Source of the DNA: a virus
Length of the DNA stretch: 64,000 nucleotides
IMG/VR virus record: IMGVR_UViG_3300031772_000003
Location: 1-64,000 of that record
Direction: 5' to 3' (one strand)
Positions 1 through 9,490 of the stretch are shown piece by piece; the stretch's first letter is position 1, and each line of letters opens with the position of its first letter. Below the pieces are notes generated by a model. That model made no database searches. It was not told the origin of the DNA and saw only the letters and a list, made by a program, of their open reading frames with translations. Both the position numbers and the translations under genes were made by a program.

Positions 1-585
1 GAAGCCCTTATGTACAGCCGTGAGGCTGCTGAGGTCGAGGAAGCCCCCTGCTTTGGGGGCGAAGCCCTCGGGTGCAGCCACGAGGCTGCCGAGGTAGAGG
101 AAGCCCCCTGCTTTGGGGGCGAAGCCCTCGGGTGCAGCCACGAGGCTGCCGAGGTAGAGGAAGCCCCCTGCTTGGGGGGCGAAGCCTTCGGGTGCAGCCA
201 CGAGGCTGCTGAGGTCGAGGTTGCCCCCTGCTTGGGGGGCGAAGCCCTCGGGTACAGTGGTGAGACTGCTGAGGTTGAGGTCGCCCCCTGCCTGGGGGGC
301 GAAGCCCTTATGTACAGCCGTGAGGCTGCCGAGGTAGAGGTAGTCCCCTGCTTTGGGGGCAAAGCCCTCGGGTGCAGCCACGAGGCTGCCGAGGTAGAGG
401 AAGCCCCCTGCCTGGGGGGCGAAGCCCTCGGGTGCAGCCACGAGGCTGCGGAGGTCGAGGCTGCCCCCTGCCTGGGGGGCGAAGCCCTCGGGTGCAGCCA
501 CGAGGCTGCTGAGGTTGAGGTTGCCCCCTGCCTGGGGGGCGAAGCCCTCGGGTGCAGCCACGAGGCTGCTGAGGTTGAGGTCGCC
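1..585. repeat. 60-bp coding tandem repeat array (at least 10 units)
   Basis: Each 60-nt line from 1 to 600 is a variant of gaagccctcgggtgcagccacgaggctgcngaggtngaggnngccccctgcntggggggc. Confidence 0.97.
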
Positions 586-924
586 TTTCCATGCGAGGGT
601 CTTGCGGGGCTTCCCCGCACGGGTCAAGAGGACGCTCTTGACCTCAGCGAGGCATTGCCTCGTCGCGCTCGCGGTGTGGGAGTCCGTCCACCAATCGGGC
701 CTGCCGGCATCGAATCGGAACTCGTATTTGTCCCATTCGTAGAGTCCCCCGGTGGGGACGAACTCGACGGGGGTGTAGAAGCGGCTCAAGCCGCCTGTAC
801 CCCCATCCTCCCCAATCCTGTGGGCAGCACGAATGGCGGTGTGGAAGTCCTCCTGTTCGGAGAACAGGACCTTGACCTCCGAGTCATCCACCCTCACGGC
901 TTCGCCGGAACGGAATCGGCACAT
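1..924 (-). CDS. LRR-like tandem-repeat protein, copy 1 (runs off window start)
   Basis: ATG at 924 preceded by AGGAGG; frame stays open to position 1; N-terminal domain nearly identical to that of 8380..9201; at least 10 x 20-aa repeats xLxLxSLxxxPEGFAPxAGG. Missing from the ORF track because its stop lies outside the window. Confidence 0.8.
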   Translation of the reverse strand, partial: MCRFRSGEAVRVDDSEVKVLFSEQEDFHTAIRAAHRIGEDGGTGGLSRFYTPVEFVPTGGLYEWDKYEFRFDAGRPDWWTDSHTASATRQCLAEVKSVLLTRAGKPRKTLAWKGDLNLSSLVAAPEGFAPQAGGNLNLSSLVAAPEGFAPQAGGSLDLRSLVAAPEGFAPQAGGFLYLGSLVAAPEGFAPKAGDYLYLGSLTAVHKGFAPQAGGDLNLSSLTTVPEGFAPQAGGNLDLSSLVAAPEGFAPQAGGFLYLGSLVAAPEGFAPKAGGFLYLGSLVAAPEGFAPKAGGFLDLSSLTAVHKGF

Positions 925-1347
925 TGACAAAACCTCCTGTAATACTCACAACACATAGGCTTGGCTGTAAACGATCCTGCCCAACACCTCACCAACATGG
1001 AACTCATCGGGCGGGAGGCAGCGGTCGTACACAACGGTACAGAAACTACGGCTTCGCTCAGGCAGAGATAGCAGACGGGCCAAGACAGCGGCACCTACGC
1101 GAACCTCAAACCGCATGCAGCCACCCCTACTATCCGCAATTCCGGCCAGCGTAGCGGCGGCCCACAGAGCGTTCAGTAAGGAGTAGTCATGAAGGAACTG
1201 CGGAATGCCCAATGGAGGCGTCGCATCCCACGTCACCCTGCCCTTGTCACCGACAGCCATGTTACTGCTCCTCCCTGTCGCGCTGGGCGACAACCCATGC
1301 CAGATTGATGCCGACCTGTGGAAAGACCATCAGCGTTGCTCCGCTCA

Positions 1348-1890
1348 TCAGAGGGCGAGGGGCTGTTTACGGCCTCCTCGCTCTTGGCCTCGGTGGCCTG
1401 CTGCCTCTCCGCTGCCCCGTCGCGTCGGAAAATAGAACGAGCGCGCTCCTGGACGCCTGGCTGAGGAAGGCAGGGGAGCCTTTTGGCTCGGAGCACGCTC
1501 GTTAGTCTTGCGGTTCATCACGTCCCTCACCCCGTCGAGCGCCGGGGCAGGAGGCAACAAGTCAGCAAATCCATGCTCGACAAGAATAGCAATGAGCTTG
1601 TCCCGATGTGGTCGCAAAGACCGAATATGCCTCCCCGCATTTTGCAGGCGCAGTTGCTGCCGCTCAACCTGACCTGATAGGGGAATGACGCGAGATGTGA
1701 GGTGCTTGATAGTGGCTTGTAGTGAGGTGAAATGTCGTTGAATAGCAGACACGGCTGCCTTGGCCTCATCCCTAGCAAGTAGGGCCTCAGCCAGTGCATG
1801 CCAGACCCGGCAGTTCTCCATCGTCTCCTTGAGTTTGATCCGAACCTCCACAGGATCGGATGGGATGTGACTGCGGGTTTTCTTGGACAC
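1348..1890 (-). CDS. hypothetical coiled-coil protein
   Basis: ORF directly downstream of the primase, AGGAG upstream of the start, helical composition. Confidence 0.5.
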   Translation of the reverse strand: MSKKTRSHIPSDPVEVRIKLKETMENCRVWHALAEALLARDEAKAAVSAIQRHFTSLQATIKHLTSRVIPLSGQVERQQLRLQNAGRHIRSLRPHRDKLIAILVEHGFADLLPPAPALDGVRDVMNRKTNERAPSQKAPLPSSARRPGARSFYFPTRRGSGEAAGHRGQERGGRKQPLAL

Positions 1891-1902
1891 CTGCTTACTC
1901 CT

Positions 1903-2829
1903 CTATCCCAACAGTCGTTTCACGACACTAGCAAAACTCGCAGGCTCGGCGTCCGCGGCCCTCCTGGCGTACTCTCCGGGGGGGAGATTGGCAGGGTCCT
2001 CGGCCCCGACCATTGGCACCACGCGCACGTCCTCACAGATGCCGGTCATGGCATGGGTGACAATGGCAACACTCACCGGCACGTCGCCCTCGATGGCAAC
2101 GTAGATGCGTTGTGGCCTCAAGCGGGCCAGCGCCCTGACTTGGTGGGCCGTGGGGACGTTGCCATAGATCGCCGTGGCGTCGATGCCCACCGCAATGGCC
2201 GAGAACGGACCCTCACAGATATGCACCTCTGGTACAGGAACCATCGAGGCAAGGTAATCCCAGTTGAGGAGGGCACGATCCTTGGCTCCGGTCCCCCAGT
2301 ACTTCGGTACGTGTGTGGGGTCGAGGGATCGGGCCTGCCAGTAAATGACCTCCCCCCCGTAGTAGCAGGGTAGCCAGATACGCTTGCGTTCCCTGCGGTC
2401 ATACATGGCCCTGAGATCGTACCAGCGCCATGCCGATTCGGGAACGCCACGGCCCCGAAGGTATGCTTGGCACTCCATGTCCAGAGGGTAGGTCTCAACA
2501 GGCTCCGGGACCTGGGCCTCAGCAACAACACTATGGGACGCATCGGGTTTGCGGAGACAGCCCCTGAAGCCGCACTTCTGGCACAGGAACTTGCCTGTGT
2601 CCCTGTTAATGTAGAGGTGGCCATCCCTATCACCACCCGGACAGGCGGGGCAGTCCAAGTGCATCTCGCGCCCACCACTGGCGGGCCGGTAATGTCCTGC
2701 CTCAAGAGATTGGTGGAGGGCCCGCCATGCGCGGCGTCGTCCCGATGTTACCCGTGGGGGATGGTACATAGATGTCCTCCTTGACCCTGGCGCGGGCATA
2801 GTCAACACGGCACTTGATCCTGATCCCAC
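1903..2829 (-). CDS. DNA primase (Zn ribbon + TOPRIM); true start probably near 2664
   Basis: CPAC...H...CQKC Zn-binding domain; YLRGRG; WQARS; TOPRIM-like ICEGPFSA; adjacent to the helicase. Confidence 0.88.
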   Translation of the reverse strand: MGSGSSAVLTMPAPGSRRTSMYHPPRVTSGRRRAWRALHQSLEAGHYRPASGGREMHLDCPACPGGDRDGHLYINRDTGKFLCQKCGFRGCLRKPDASHSVVAEAQVPEPVETYPLDMECQAYLRGRGVPESAWRWYDLRAMYDRRERKRIWLPCYYGGEVIYWQARSLDPTHVPKYWGTGAKDRALLNWDYLASMVPVPEVHICEGPFSAIAVGIDATAIYGNVPTAHQVRALARLRPQRIYVAIEGDVPVSVAIVTHAMTGICEDVRVVPMVGAEDPANLPPGEYARRAADAEPASFASVVKRLLG

Positions 2830-4063
2830 TTTCCCCCCGCCGCACCTTGGCGAGCAGGATGTCCAGCATGCCCGCAGCTTTGTCCTCGGGGGTCTGGTTC
2901 AGGACGTACACGTTGTCGGCATTGAACATCTTCTGCCACGACTCCGCGATGCTGCTGGCATTGGCACTCCCGGTCGCATACTCCTGGCGGCGCAACTGGG
3001 ACGCCGTGAGCAGCGCGAACTGCCGCTCTTGGGAAAGTGTGATCAACTGATCGTAGAGGGTGCCGAGGGCGGAGTAGCGGTCATCACCACCGGTCCGCAT
3101 CCGGTCCGCGTAGTCCAGTATGACCACGGAGGGCCTGACACCTACCACGGCCTCTAACTGGACCAAATAGGCTTCGAGGCCACCCACATCGAGGGTGCCG
3201 GGGGCGAAACGCTTGATCGTCAGCCGGCCCGGCGCGATGGGGGTATTGCGTAGTAGCTCCATGATGTCCCGCCCCTGCGCCGCCATCTGCACGATCTCAG
3301 GGATCGTCCAAGTCGTGATCCTGGCCAGATACTTGAGCAACAGATCAATCTCGCCGAGTTCCAGCGAGACATGGGCAACCGTAGCGGCAGTGAGGACGCA
3401 GGATGTGCCGATGTTGCACAATACCGTGGACTTGCCCACACTGGGATCGCCACAGACCACGGTTATCTCTCCAACTCCCAGACCCCCCCAGGACACACGG
3501 TCAATCGTGGGAAACCCGGTGCTGTGCCTACGGGCCGCATTGTAACTCGACTCGGCCAAGCAGCGCTGCAACGACCTCGCGCCCTCTACGGCATCGAGCC
3601 CCACTGACTGATCGGCCCTCGCCGCTATCGCGCCTGATAGGACACGGTACATCTCCTCCACGGGCCTGTCGGATTCAACGCCGCCACTCACGTCAAGAAT
3701 AGCGCGTTTCAGGCCCTGGCGGGCTCCAAAATCAATGACTCGCTCCCTGAGCGTCGGATCGAGGGGCTGCGGGAAATAAATCACGTCCACGACGACGCCT
3801 AACTCGGCCAGGGCCTCTGGGCCCATGCGGCCCCTGCGGCACCTGTCCTGAAGCTCGGCCATGAGTTCAATCTTGTCGGGAACCCGGAATCCGTTGGCCC
3901 GAGCGAGGCACAGGATCGCATCCGCGATCTCACGATGCCAAGGGTTGGAAAAGTAAGCGGGATCGAGGACGAGATGCCGAGAGGGGACGAAACTACGGTC
4001 CTGGACAAGTAGCGAGATAATTCTCAACTGGTAGGCCGCATCATAGGTATAGTTGCCCACCAC
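2702..4063 (-). CDS. dnaB: DnaB-like replicative helicase
   Basis: Walker A GDPSVGKS, SLE motif, Walker B ILDYAD, ASQLRR and KVRRG motifs. Confidence 0.92.
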   Translation of the reverse strand: MVGNYTYDAAYQLRIISLLVQDRSFVPSRHLVLDPAYFSNPWHREIADAILCLARANGFRVPDKIELMAELQDRCRRGRMGPEALAELGVVVDVIYFPQPLDPTLRERVIDFGARQGLKRAILDVSGGVESDRPVEEMYRVLSGAIAARADQSVGLDAVEGARSLQRCLAESSYNAARRHSTGFPTIDRVSWGGLGVGEITVVCGDPSVGKSTVLCNIGTSCVLTAATVAHVSLELGEIDLLLKYLARITTWTIPEIVQMAAQGRDIMELLRNTPIAPGRLTIKRFAPGTLDVGGLEAYLVQLEAVVGVRPSVVILDYADRMRTGGDDRYSALGTLYDQLITLSQERQFALLTASQLRRQEYATGSANASSIAESWQKMFNADNVYVLNQTPEDKAAGMLDILLAKVRRGESGIRIKCRVDYARARVKEDIYVPSPTGNIGTTPRMAGPPPIS

Positions 4064-4082
4064 ACCATGCCCCTAGCGGGTG

Positions 4083-4367
4083 CTACTCTGGACGTGGGAT
4101 AGGGTCGGGATGGGCCGCCGCGATAAACTGCTTGGCGAACTCAAGCAGACCAACCTGCCGCCTCCAGTCAATGGTCGCGGCCTGCGCGAGCGTCTCCATC
4201 ACCCACAACTCGCGGGCGAGGAACGATGCCTGCTTATAGACTTTACGCGGGTCATCATCGGGGCCTACTGCGGCCTCCACACTGACACCCGGAGAGACGG
4301 TCTCGTAGGAGCCCATGTTGATGGTTTGGCGGCACGACACCACGATCTTCGTGACCTGTATCGGCAC
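4083..4367 (-). CDS. hypothetical protein
   Basis: Compact ORF with GGAG upstream; phage-like segment TINMGSYETV. Confidence 0.6.
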   Translation of the reverse strand: MPIQVTKIVVSCRQTINMGSYETVSPGVSVEAAVGPDDDPRKVYKQASFLARELWVMETLAQAATIDWRRQVGLLEFAKQFIAAAHPDPIPRPE

Positions 4368-4382
4368 CTTCGTCCTCTCCTT

Positions 4383-4769
4383 CTACCACAGGAGCCACCG
4401 GCCCAAAGCCCAGAGCCCGACCACACCCCAACAAACCAGATAGGCTATGGCCAGCCCATCCCCTCCCCCAACCGCTGCCACGAATGGGAGGACAAACCCG
4501 AACACAACAAGGGAAGCAGCGAACGCCGCTACGGTGAAACCGACGAGCGCCGGTAGCAGTATGAGCCGCATGAAGGCCGACCATGGGGTCAACCACCGTA
4601 GGCATCGGTCACCGGGGATCGGCTCCGGCACCACACTCGCACCGCTGGTTGGGATGCTGCCCATGTCCGCGGGAGGAACCAGCGAACCGGTGACCCCCCC
4701 TGTACCCTCTGAATCCGTGGCACCCGTAACGCCTTTGGGGCCACCACCATCAAAACCCTTTGCCTGCAT
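4383..4769 (-). CDS. putative membrane protein
   Basis: Two hydrophobic C-terminal segments. Confidence 0.45.
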   Translation of the reverse strand: MQAKGFDGGGPKGVTGATDSEGTGGVTGSLVPPADMGSIPTSGASVVPEPIPGDRCLRWLTPWSAFMRLILLPALVGFTVAAFAASLVVFGFVLPFVAAVGGGDGLAIAYLVCWGVVGLWALGRWLLW

Positions 4770-4770
4770 G

Positions 4771-6231
4771 CTAATCTCCTAGTCCAAACCCGCCGGACCC
4801 AACCCAGCGCTGCACCGCAGCAACAGTCGCCAATGCAGACGGGCCCAGAGGCGCGGAGGAAACGGGCACCCCGTACCGCTCGTAAAGATCGCGCCGCTCC
4901 TGAGCTTGGTTGGCCAGCACGGGATGAGCGGCGTCCCAGATGTCCCAGATACGCAACTGCAACTTCTCCCCCCTCATCCCCCGGCCGATCCTCTGGGGCA
5001 CCGAGAGAGGGGCCCTGCCGGCTCCGGCGATCACTATGTCAGTCGCGCCGGGAACATCGATCGCTTCGTGAATCGCCGTGGTGCCAATGAGGCATTTGCA
5101 ATCCCCGTCCGCCAAGGCTTGGGCGGCCCGGCGGCAGCCCCCCGCGATCTCAACGACGCCACGGGGGGTCAGGGCCAGCAAGGTCTCGCTGCCCATGATC
5201 ATCCACGCCGAGACCCTGCCCATGAGGCGGCGCAGCATCTCCTTGCCGTGCCGGACCTGCTGGACCAGCACCAGGGGCCGGCCGCCCCAGGCACAGATGG
5301 CCTCGATCAACAGGGCCAAAAAGGCGTTGCGGTCATCGGCATCCACGACGCACTCACGATAGAGCCGGGTCCAATCCCACCCAGGCACATCCCTCTGAAG
5401 CAAGTGGGGCCGCAGCATATAGGCTTGGCAGTCGGGGCAGAACTCAGCGAGTTCCTCGCGGGTCCTGGAGTAGATGACCTCGCCTGTGTAGCCCTGCGTC
5501 ACCACGTCCCAGGGGTTGCTCCACGCATCCCGATTGCGGAGGGGGGTAGCGCTGAAACCGTAGCGCCGCGCGATCCACCCCATCCCATCCGCAATGGCGT
5601 ACCAAGTCTCGGCGGTGCCGAGATGGTGGACCTCGTCAAAGACGAGGCAGCCAATATCCTGCAACTCCGCTGCTGAACCCCCCACAAGGCCATTGACGAG
5701 GCTGGCGGCAATGGCAACGACAACAGGGGCCGTGGCCAAGCCCCGGCGCTTGCCCCCGCCCCACATCCCCACAGACTCGAAGCCGCGGTCCCGCGCCCTC
5801 TGGGCCATCTGCTTCATCTGGCCGATGGTAGCTACGACGACGAGGCAGCGGCAGCCTAGCCTGCGAAATAACTCCAGCATGATCTCAGTCTTGCCCGTGC
5901 CAGTAGGGAGGTAGATGATGCCCCGGCCCCACTGTAGGCACGCCTCCACGGCCTCTTGCTGGTACCAACGGAGCGTTACGCCGGTCAACTGCCCCTGTGG
6001 GGCCTCCACGGGCGGGGCAGGGGTAGCGGGGAGTGGAGGTGGGATAAGGGGATTGCGGCGGAACAGCGGCTCCCAGAGGCCGCGCAGGAACGCCGGCACC
6101 GAGCCCCGCGAGACCAGCAGGCACACGTCCTCGTCACGGGTCGAGAAGGTCAGGGCCCTACGGAGAGCCTCCCGTTCCTCCGAGGTCGTTTCAACAGCCT
6201 CGACCCAGAGTCCGTTCTCGCGCAGGATCAT
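4771..6231 (-). CDS. SF2 DEAD/DEAH helicase (UvsW-like)
   Basis: LRWYQQEAV Q-motif, PTGTGKT, DEVH, SATP and QRIGRGMR motifs. Confidence 0.93.
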   Translation of the reverse strand: MILRENGLWVEAVETTSEEREALRRALTFSTRDEDVCLLVSRGSVPAFLRGLWEPLFRRNPLIPPPLPATPAPPVEAPQGQLTGVTLRWYQQEAVEACLQWGRGIIYLPTGTGKTEIMLELFRRLGCRCLVVVATIGQMKQMAQRARDRGFESVGMWGGGKRRGLATAPVVVAIAASLVNGLVGGSAAELQDIGCLVFDEVHHLGTAETWYAIADGMGWIARRYGFSATPLRNRDAWSNPWDVVTQGYTGEVIYSRTREELAEFCPDCQAYMLRPHLLQRDVPGWDWTRLYRECVVDADDRNAFLALLIEAICAWGGRPLVLVQQVRHGKEMLRRLMGRVSAWMIMGSETLLALTPRGVVEIAGGCRRAAQALADGDCKCLIGTTAIHEAIDVPGATDIVIAGAGRAPLSVPQRIGRGMRGEKLQLRIWDIWDAAHPVLANQAQERRDLYERYGVPVSSAPLGPSALATVAAVQRWVGSGGFGLGD

Positions 6232-6639
6232 TCACACCCCCGCATCGGTACGGGACCGGCGGGTAGTAACCGCCCCTCCCTGGGGGCCGTAGTAGATGTC
6301 GGCAAGCCTCATCGCCACATCGAGATCATAGAGGCTCAGTAGCCACGGTGTCTGCTTCGCCTCCATGAGCCTGATCAAGTCATGCTCCAACCACACCCGC
6401 CGTTCCTCCCACGCCAAGCCCTCGCCGCACTCAACACATAATGGGGTCACAGCGCAGTGTTCGCTTACCGGCGTGGCAAGCACGATAGGTGCGGCTCGCT
6501 TCCAAGCATAGCTATCCCCACACCGGAGGCACCGGGGTCCAGGCCACCAGGAGTTACGGAGCCGGAGCGGGACCCAGCGGGCGAGCCAACGCCGGACCCG
6601 CTGGGAATCGGGAAGCGCGATGTAGCGAAGGGGAGTCAC
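6232..6639 (-). CDS. hypothetical protein with CxxC pairs
   Basis: CLRC...CVEC; abuts the helicase start. Confidence 0.55.
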   Translation of the reverse strand: MTPLRYIALPDSQRVRRWLARWVPLRLRNSWWPGPRCLRCGDSYAWKRAAPIVLATPVSEHCAVTPLCVECGEGLAWEERRVWLEHDLIRLMEAKQTPWLLSLYDLDVAMRLADIYYGPQGGAVTTRRSRTDAGV

Positions 6640-6884
6640 CTCCCACTCCTATAGACAACAGCACTACTCAACCTCGGTCCCACAGGATGTTTCCGGTGCA
6701 ACCCTAAGCAACAGGTAGAGCGTCTGCCCCTCAGCCACCTGCTTTAGATCAAACAAACCGGCTTGCTCAGGCACGGCATGAATGACTCCAATGCCTCCTC
6801 TTGGGAAGTAGCCCCCACCCGAGCGAGCAACCTGCCTGGCTGTGTTTTGACCAAGTAGATCACAGGGCCCCCCGGATTCAAGCC

Positions 6885-7103
6885 TCAATGCCCCGCGACG
6901 CGATGCGTGTCCGCATCCAATACATAGCTCTCATTACCCACTGGACAGATTGGGACGCCGTCTGGGAAGTAGCGGGGATCGGCCCCGATCCGCATGAGAT
7001 CAACGGGCCAAACCCCGGTCTCGAAGTACCAGCTCCCGACCTGCGAATTGATGTCAGCCACATACTGGGCGCAGAGATCGCAATTCTTCTGATGCTGTGT
7101 CAT
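6885..7103 (-). CDS. pilin/pseudopilin globular-domain-like small protein lacking the N-terminal prepilin helix
   Basis: C..YVADINSQVGSWYFETGVWP.DL..IGADPRYFPDGVPICPV...Y.LD..THRVAGH resembles the C-terminal part of short prepilin-type proteins (recognised from memory). Confidence 0.5.
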   Translation of the reverse strand: MTQHQKNCDLCAQYVADINSQVGSWYFETGVWPVDLMRIGADPRYFPDGVPICPVGNESYVLDADTHRVAGH

Positions 7104-7492
7104 TCGACAACCCCCTTGACTTTGAGGAGCGCCACGCAGACGGCGACACGTCTGTCCTCGGCAAACCCGTCGGCGCGGCCAAGGATGTTCGATTCCACCG
7201 TCACGCCAAGTGGTCCCTCATGGAAGCCCCAACGCTCGTTGTCCTCTCTCGGCAGTGAGTCGAACACCTCGAAGAAGGCATTCCCATCCCCACCCACGAA
7301 CCGGGGGATGGCTGGCATGCGTTCACAAGTTTGCCTCGTGTCGGCCAGTCTGCGTCCATCGGGATACTGGTAGTGTCCCATGCACCTGGGCAATCCGCAG
7401 CCTATTGCCCCGATCCCAAGGGCCTGAATGATGGGTGCGTCCTGCTTCCGAGCCGGCAGAGCCAGGAACTCTTTCTCGGTCAACTTTGCCAC
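7100..7492 (-). CDS. hypothetical protein
   Basis: Stop overlaps the next start; GGAGGA upstream. Confidence 0.6.
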   Translation of the reverse strand: MAKLTEKEFLALPARKQDAPIIQALGIGAIGCGLPRCMGHYQYPDGRRLADTRQTCERMPAIPRFVGGDGNAFFEVFDSLPREDNERWGFHEGPLGVTVESNILGRADGFAEDRRVAVCVALLKVKGVVE

Positions 7493-7524
7493 TGTAATTC
7501 TCCTCCACCACTATTAGTCGAGGC

Positions 7525-8156
7525 TCAGATGCTCTCCCAGATCATGACACGGTTCTGGGGCGACCAGATGCCTGGGTCCACGAAGTCTTGGTCCGGCGGG
7601 GTCTCGATGTCCACGGGGACGCAGCAGGGTATCCACACCACGGCTCGGTCGGCCGCGGTGATGCGGCGAAGCGTCGTCGCTAGGGATGCGTGGCTATGAA
7701 CCCCCACCACAACGGCCCTGTCGAAGCGAAGCGCCACGTCCTCGACCCTCCGGGGGTAGCAAGTAAGCCGCTCCACCTTCCACTGCTTGTCCCTGAGATT
7801 AGGGTCAATGGAGACGGCCTGCCACACGCTGCGAAATGCGAACAAAGCCGCGGTGCGGGGGGTATGCCCATCCCCCACGACCGCGACGGTCACGCCGCGG
7901 TCACTCAGGGTAAAACGCTCGCGCAGGCATCGGCGCACCGCCATGTACGCGGCGTTGCTCTCCGTCAACTCCTTGACATTGGGAAAAGGCCCCTGATGTG
8001 CAGGTCCGCAAGGTACTTGCAGCCCCATAGGTCAGTGATGTGCCGGACGAATGGTGACAGAGGCACTGTGTAGGACATCCGGTCATTGTGACGCTGCAAA
8101 TCAAGCGTCATGGACTTCGGTACGCGGCTCATCCTAACCCCCATCATAAGCTCCAA
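7525..8156 (-). CDS. conserved hypothetical (possible Rossmann/methyltransferase-like) protein split by a frameshift near 7980
   Basis: ...GLFP in one frame continues as NVKELTES...VGDGHTPRTAALFAFRS...SIDP in the -1 frame. Confidence 0.55.
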
Positions 8157-8184
8157 CTTGTAACCCCCTTAAGGGGGTTACAAG
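8157..8184. repeat. perfect 28-bp palindrome
   Basis: CTTGTAACCCCCTT|AAGGGGGTTACAAG. Confidence 0.9.
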
Positions 8185-8379
8185 AGGACGGAGGCTCCGA
8201 ACTTACTCCATAAGTGCCCAACAGAGCAGGAACACCAAGATGAGACCCCCAAGCAGGGTCAGGAACGGCACCACGACATCCAACAATTCACCCCCCACAC
8301 AATTTGACGAGGATGTAGAGGGCGATGATGCCGGGGAAGCCTGCACAGAGCCACAACGCGAGCTTGCGTCCACCACCTC

Positions 8380-9201
8380 TCACAAGCTGGTCTCCTCAAT
8401 TACTCTCCCCTTCCTCCACACCCCATCCGCCAAGCGGTACTCACGGCAGATAGGGGCAAAGCCCTCGGGTGCAGCCACGAGGCTGCGGAGGTCGAGGCTG
8501 CCCCCTGCTTTGGGGGCGAAGCCTTCGGGGGCAGCCACGAGGCTGCTGAGGTTGAGGCTGCCCCCTGCTTGGGGGGCGAAGCCCTCGGGTACAGTGGTGA
8601 GGCTGCTGAGGTTGAGGCCGCCCCCTGCTTGGGGGGCGAAGCCCTTATGTACAGCCGTGAGGCTGCCGAGGTTGAGGTAGCCCCCTGCTTTGGGGGCGAA
8701 GCCTTCGGGTACAGTGGTGAGGCTGCCGAGGTAGAGGTCGCCCCCTGCCTGGGGGGCGAAGCCCTCGGGTGCAGCCACGAGGCTGCGGAGGTTGAGGTTG
8801 CCCCCTGCCTGGGGGGCGAAGCCCTCGGGTACAGTGGTGAGGCTGCCGAGGTAGAGGTCGCCTTTCCATGCGAGGGTCTTGCGGGGCTTCCCCGCACGGG
8901 TCAAGAGGACGCTCTTGACCTCAGCGAGGCATTGCCTCGCCGCGCTCGCGGTGTGGGAGTCCGTCCACCAATCGGGCCTGCCGGCATCGAATCGGAACTC
9001 GTATTTGTCCCATTCGTAGAGTCCCCCGGTGGGGACGAACTCGACGGGGGTGTAGAAGCGGCTCAAGCCGCCTGTACCCCCATCCTCCCCAATCCTGTGG
9101 GCGGTGCGATTGGCCGTATGGGAGTCCTCCCGTTCGGAGAACAGGACCTTGACCTCCGAGTCATCCACCCTCATGGCTTCGCCGGAACGGAATTGGCACA
9201 T
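8380..9201 (-). CDS. LRR-like tandem-repeat protein, copy 2
   Basis: ATG at 9201 with GAAGGAG; 7 x 20-aa repeats at about 8455-8865; paralog of 1..924. Confidence 0.85.
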   Translation of the reverse strand: MCQFRSGEAMRVDDSEVKVLFSEREDSHTANRTAHRIGEDGGTGGLSRFYTPVEFVPTGGLYEWDKYEFRFDAGRPDWWTDSHTASAARQCLAEVKSVLLTRAGKPRKTLAWKGDLYLGSLTTVPEGFAPQAGGNLNLRSLVAAPEGFAPQAGGDLYLGSLTTVPEGFAPKAGGYLNLGSLTAVHKGFAPQAGGGLNLSSLTTVPEGFAPQAGGSLNLSSLVAAPEGFAPKAGGSLDLRSLVAAPEGFAPICREYRLADGVWRKGRVIEETSL

Positions 9202-9490
9202 GCGAAGAACTCCTTCACTCAAACCACTTCTCGATCCGCTCGTACTCCCTAACAGCCCCAGGAAAACCTGCCGTGCGCCCGATCTCGCACAACAAGTCGT
9301 CGCCATCTTCGTGTGAATTACGTCCCTTCGCCGCTTCACGCATCCGCTTGGCGGCCACCCTGGGAGTCAACACTTTCCGTTTCGACACAAGCCTTCTCCT
9401 TTCCTGTAGCGCCTCCCTTCAATGAACACAACTGCTCTCATGTTCTCCTCACGGAGATCAGCCAGGAGCCGGGCGGCGCTAGCCTCGGCA

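Noticed and set aside
1-600. CRISPR array
   Set aside because: The 60-bp units are contiguous, in-frame coding repeats with no unique spacers.
10-927. Plus-strand ORFs 10..927 and 8569..9252 as genes
   Set aside because: They are antisense shadows of the minus-strand LRR-like genes, which have RBSs and a coherent LxLxxL pattern.
1-9201. Complete diversity-generating retroelement
   Set aside because: No reverse transcriptase or non-coding template repeat in this window; kept only as a hypothesis.
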